A DNA stretch of 64,000 nt from Macrostomum lignano (taxonomy: Eukaryota), in assembly GCA_002269645.1 (NCBI GenBank), contig NIVC01000199.1:186001-250000 (forward strand). The letters run 5' to 3'. The translations under genes were made by a program, and so were the position numbers. The notes under the pieces are model-generated. The model was not told the DNA's origin. It searched no databases and saw nothing but the letters and a program-made list of their open reading frames with translations. This document shows, in pieces, positions 62,072-64,000 of this stretch. The first letter of the stretch is position 1; each line of letters starts with the position of its first letter.

Positions 62072-63715
62072 ATGGAGGATATATCAGCTGATATGCTTGT
62101 CACTGTTAACCAGTCTTCATTGGAACCTCAACTTGCTGAAGTAACTGCAACAGCACCTATCCTTACTAGAGTAAGTATTTTCATTTGATCTTTTATTCAA
62201 TTAATCAATAACTTAAAGATAGAAGCATTACCACTTTTTGAAAATTCACATAATAATTACATTGAGCAATTCAATGCATGTATTTGCATTCTAGGAACTC
62301 CCCATATAGTTATAATAGACTTGCTATTAAACCTGAAGAAAGTAGGCTTAGTGACCTCTGGCTAGTACATTATTTCTACATAAATTTCTCATTGAAAAAA
62401 TCTTCTCCCCAATGCCTTAGCAACCAGAGCTGAGTCAGGCAACAGGAGACAGTCGCCTAGCCAAGCCTGCCAGTCTTTGTCACGAGCAGCCGCTGCAGGT
62501 CAGTGTGATGAGGCCGCAGAAAAAAGGCGATGGAATGTCAGCGTACGTTGTGTACACAGTGAATCACTCTACCAAGTTGGAGCACTTCTCCAGCTCAGGC
62601 GGCGGCAGCGTCACTCACAGATTCTCAGATTTCCTTGCTCTCTGGGAGCGACTTCGAGATCGCTACGCCAGGTGAGTCACCACAGCTGCCAACTGATGAA
62701 GAGACAGAGTAACTCCTCCAGTAGCTGGCGGTGCACCAACTTCTCTACCAAAGGGGGGCCGTAGCCCAGCGGTAGCGCAGCTGCTCTGGTGTGCCAGCGA
62801 CCCAGGCTCGATTCCAAGTGCAGTCACATTAATTTGAGGCTGAATTGGAATCTCGGCTTGGCTCTGCTCGTGCAATTAACGGCCTTGAGAGCCAACCCCC
62901 CAAGGCACAGTGAAGTGTACATGCCTAACGATAGAATAAAGTTAGGGCCGCTGTACACTCCTGTGTGAGTGTGTGCCTGCGTACGTATCCGCGCGCTTGT
63001 ATGCCTGCTCAGGGAGTCGGCGGAATGGGCAGTAATGCCTCTCGCCGGTTGTGTGCCTATGTCGCTTAAAGTGCGCCAGGGTGCACACAACCCCCCTGCC
63101 TCTAATAAAAAAAACTTCCCTACCAAAAAATGCTCACCCCCCAAAAATATTCTGCACGTAGTACTAATTACATGACGAGAGTGATAATACAGTCTTAGTT
63201 ACTTCTGCCGTTTACCCATTTACGCTAGTATTGCCTAGGTTTCCTTGATAGGTTAAGTAGCATTTTTGGTAAAAAAATAAGTCGCACGGTCGGTGTAACT
63301 CAGGGGGTTGCGCATGTACGCTCCCCATGCTTTCTTTCATAACTCCTTCAGCGAAGGCGTCGTTCTGCCGCCAAAGCCGGAAAAATCGATAATTGGCGCT
63401 GCCAAAGTGAAGCTCGGCAGCGGAGGAGGCGCCGGAGGCGTTGCCAATGACGATGAATTCGTGGAGCGTCGTCGCGGCGAGCTGGAACGATTCTTAACTT
63501 ACTGTTGCGAGCATCCCCGTCTCCGACTGGATGCCGATTTGTGCGACTTTCTTGAGCGCCCCGGAGCCGTCAGCGTTGCGGCTGGCGGCTCTGGCAGCGG
63601 CTCGGGTCTGGGCGGCGTTCTTCGAGCATTCACTTCCGCCGTGGCCGCAGCTGGAGGCGGCGCAAGCGGCAGCTCTAGCGCTTCCGGCAGCAAGGCTGAA
63701 GAGGAGAGCGACCCG
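62072..63715 (+). CDS. SNX1/SNX2: sorting nexin 1/2-type PX-domain gene, first three exons (62072-62170, 62421-62671, 63352-63715); continues beyond the window
   Basis: KKGDGMSAYVVYTV, HRFSDFLALWERL, LPPKPEKSIIG..KVK, EFVERRRGELERFL; GT-AG junctions with consistent phases (0, then 2). Confidence 0.85.
62760..63115 (+). mobile_element. tRNA-derived SINE, family B, in SNX intron 2
   Basis: A-box-like TAGCCCAGCGG, B-box-like GGCTCGATTCC; body matches 35150-35495; A-rich end. Confidence 0.8.
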
Positions 63716-63776
63716 GTTAGTGGCATTCACTGTTTGAGCATTTGCGGCATATCATGTCATCTTATGGCAGATCATG

Positions 63777-63855
63777 TCACTGTTGACATGTCACTTTGTT
63801 GACATGTCACTTTGCTGACATGTCACTTTGTTGACATGTCACTTTGTTGACATGG
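63777..63855. repeat. 16-bp tandem repeat (TGTTGACATGTCACTT), ~5 units
   Basis: Directly visible; followed at 63893-63896 by CTAG|T with a weak hairpin. Confidence 0.85.
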
Positions 63856-64000
63856 CATGATCATGTCATGTCATGTCACCGAAGGCGTAGCGCTAGTGGG
63901 CCTGCAGCCCTCCTGCAAATAGTTTTTGAATATGCTTGTAAAACCGTGACCTTCATTTGACCCCTTCTTGCAATTCTCTCAACAGTGGTTCGAAGAGTTG

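Overview
Repeat-rich eukaryotic (animal) genomic DNA with spliceosomal introns, SINEs, LINEs and minisatellites. The overall style suggests an invertebrate such as a free-living flatworm, but that is inference only. The left half (1-32 kb) holds a cluster of intronless IAP genes (2xBIR-UBA-RING): two intact ORFs, one frameshifted copy and one 3' fragment. They share a near-identical ~1.64 kb core fused in frame to three unrelated ~110-137 codon N-termini. It also holds a two-exon gene, missed by the ORF track, for a 120-aa secreted six-Cys protein ending KR-FFGFQG-stop, and an inverted, broken paralog carrying the same intronic 21-bp minisatellite. Three RTE-type LINE fragments, Helitron-type termini around minisatellite arrays and tRNA-derived SINEs fill the gaps. 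The right half holds a ~21 kb multi-exon gene for a giant, probably secreted FnIII-like repeat protein (33.1-54.1 kb), an intronless carotenoid oxygenase (BCO/RPE65 family) and the 5' exons of a SNX1/2-type sorting nexin. Most coordinates other than ORF-track ends and counted junctions are hand estimates.
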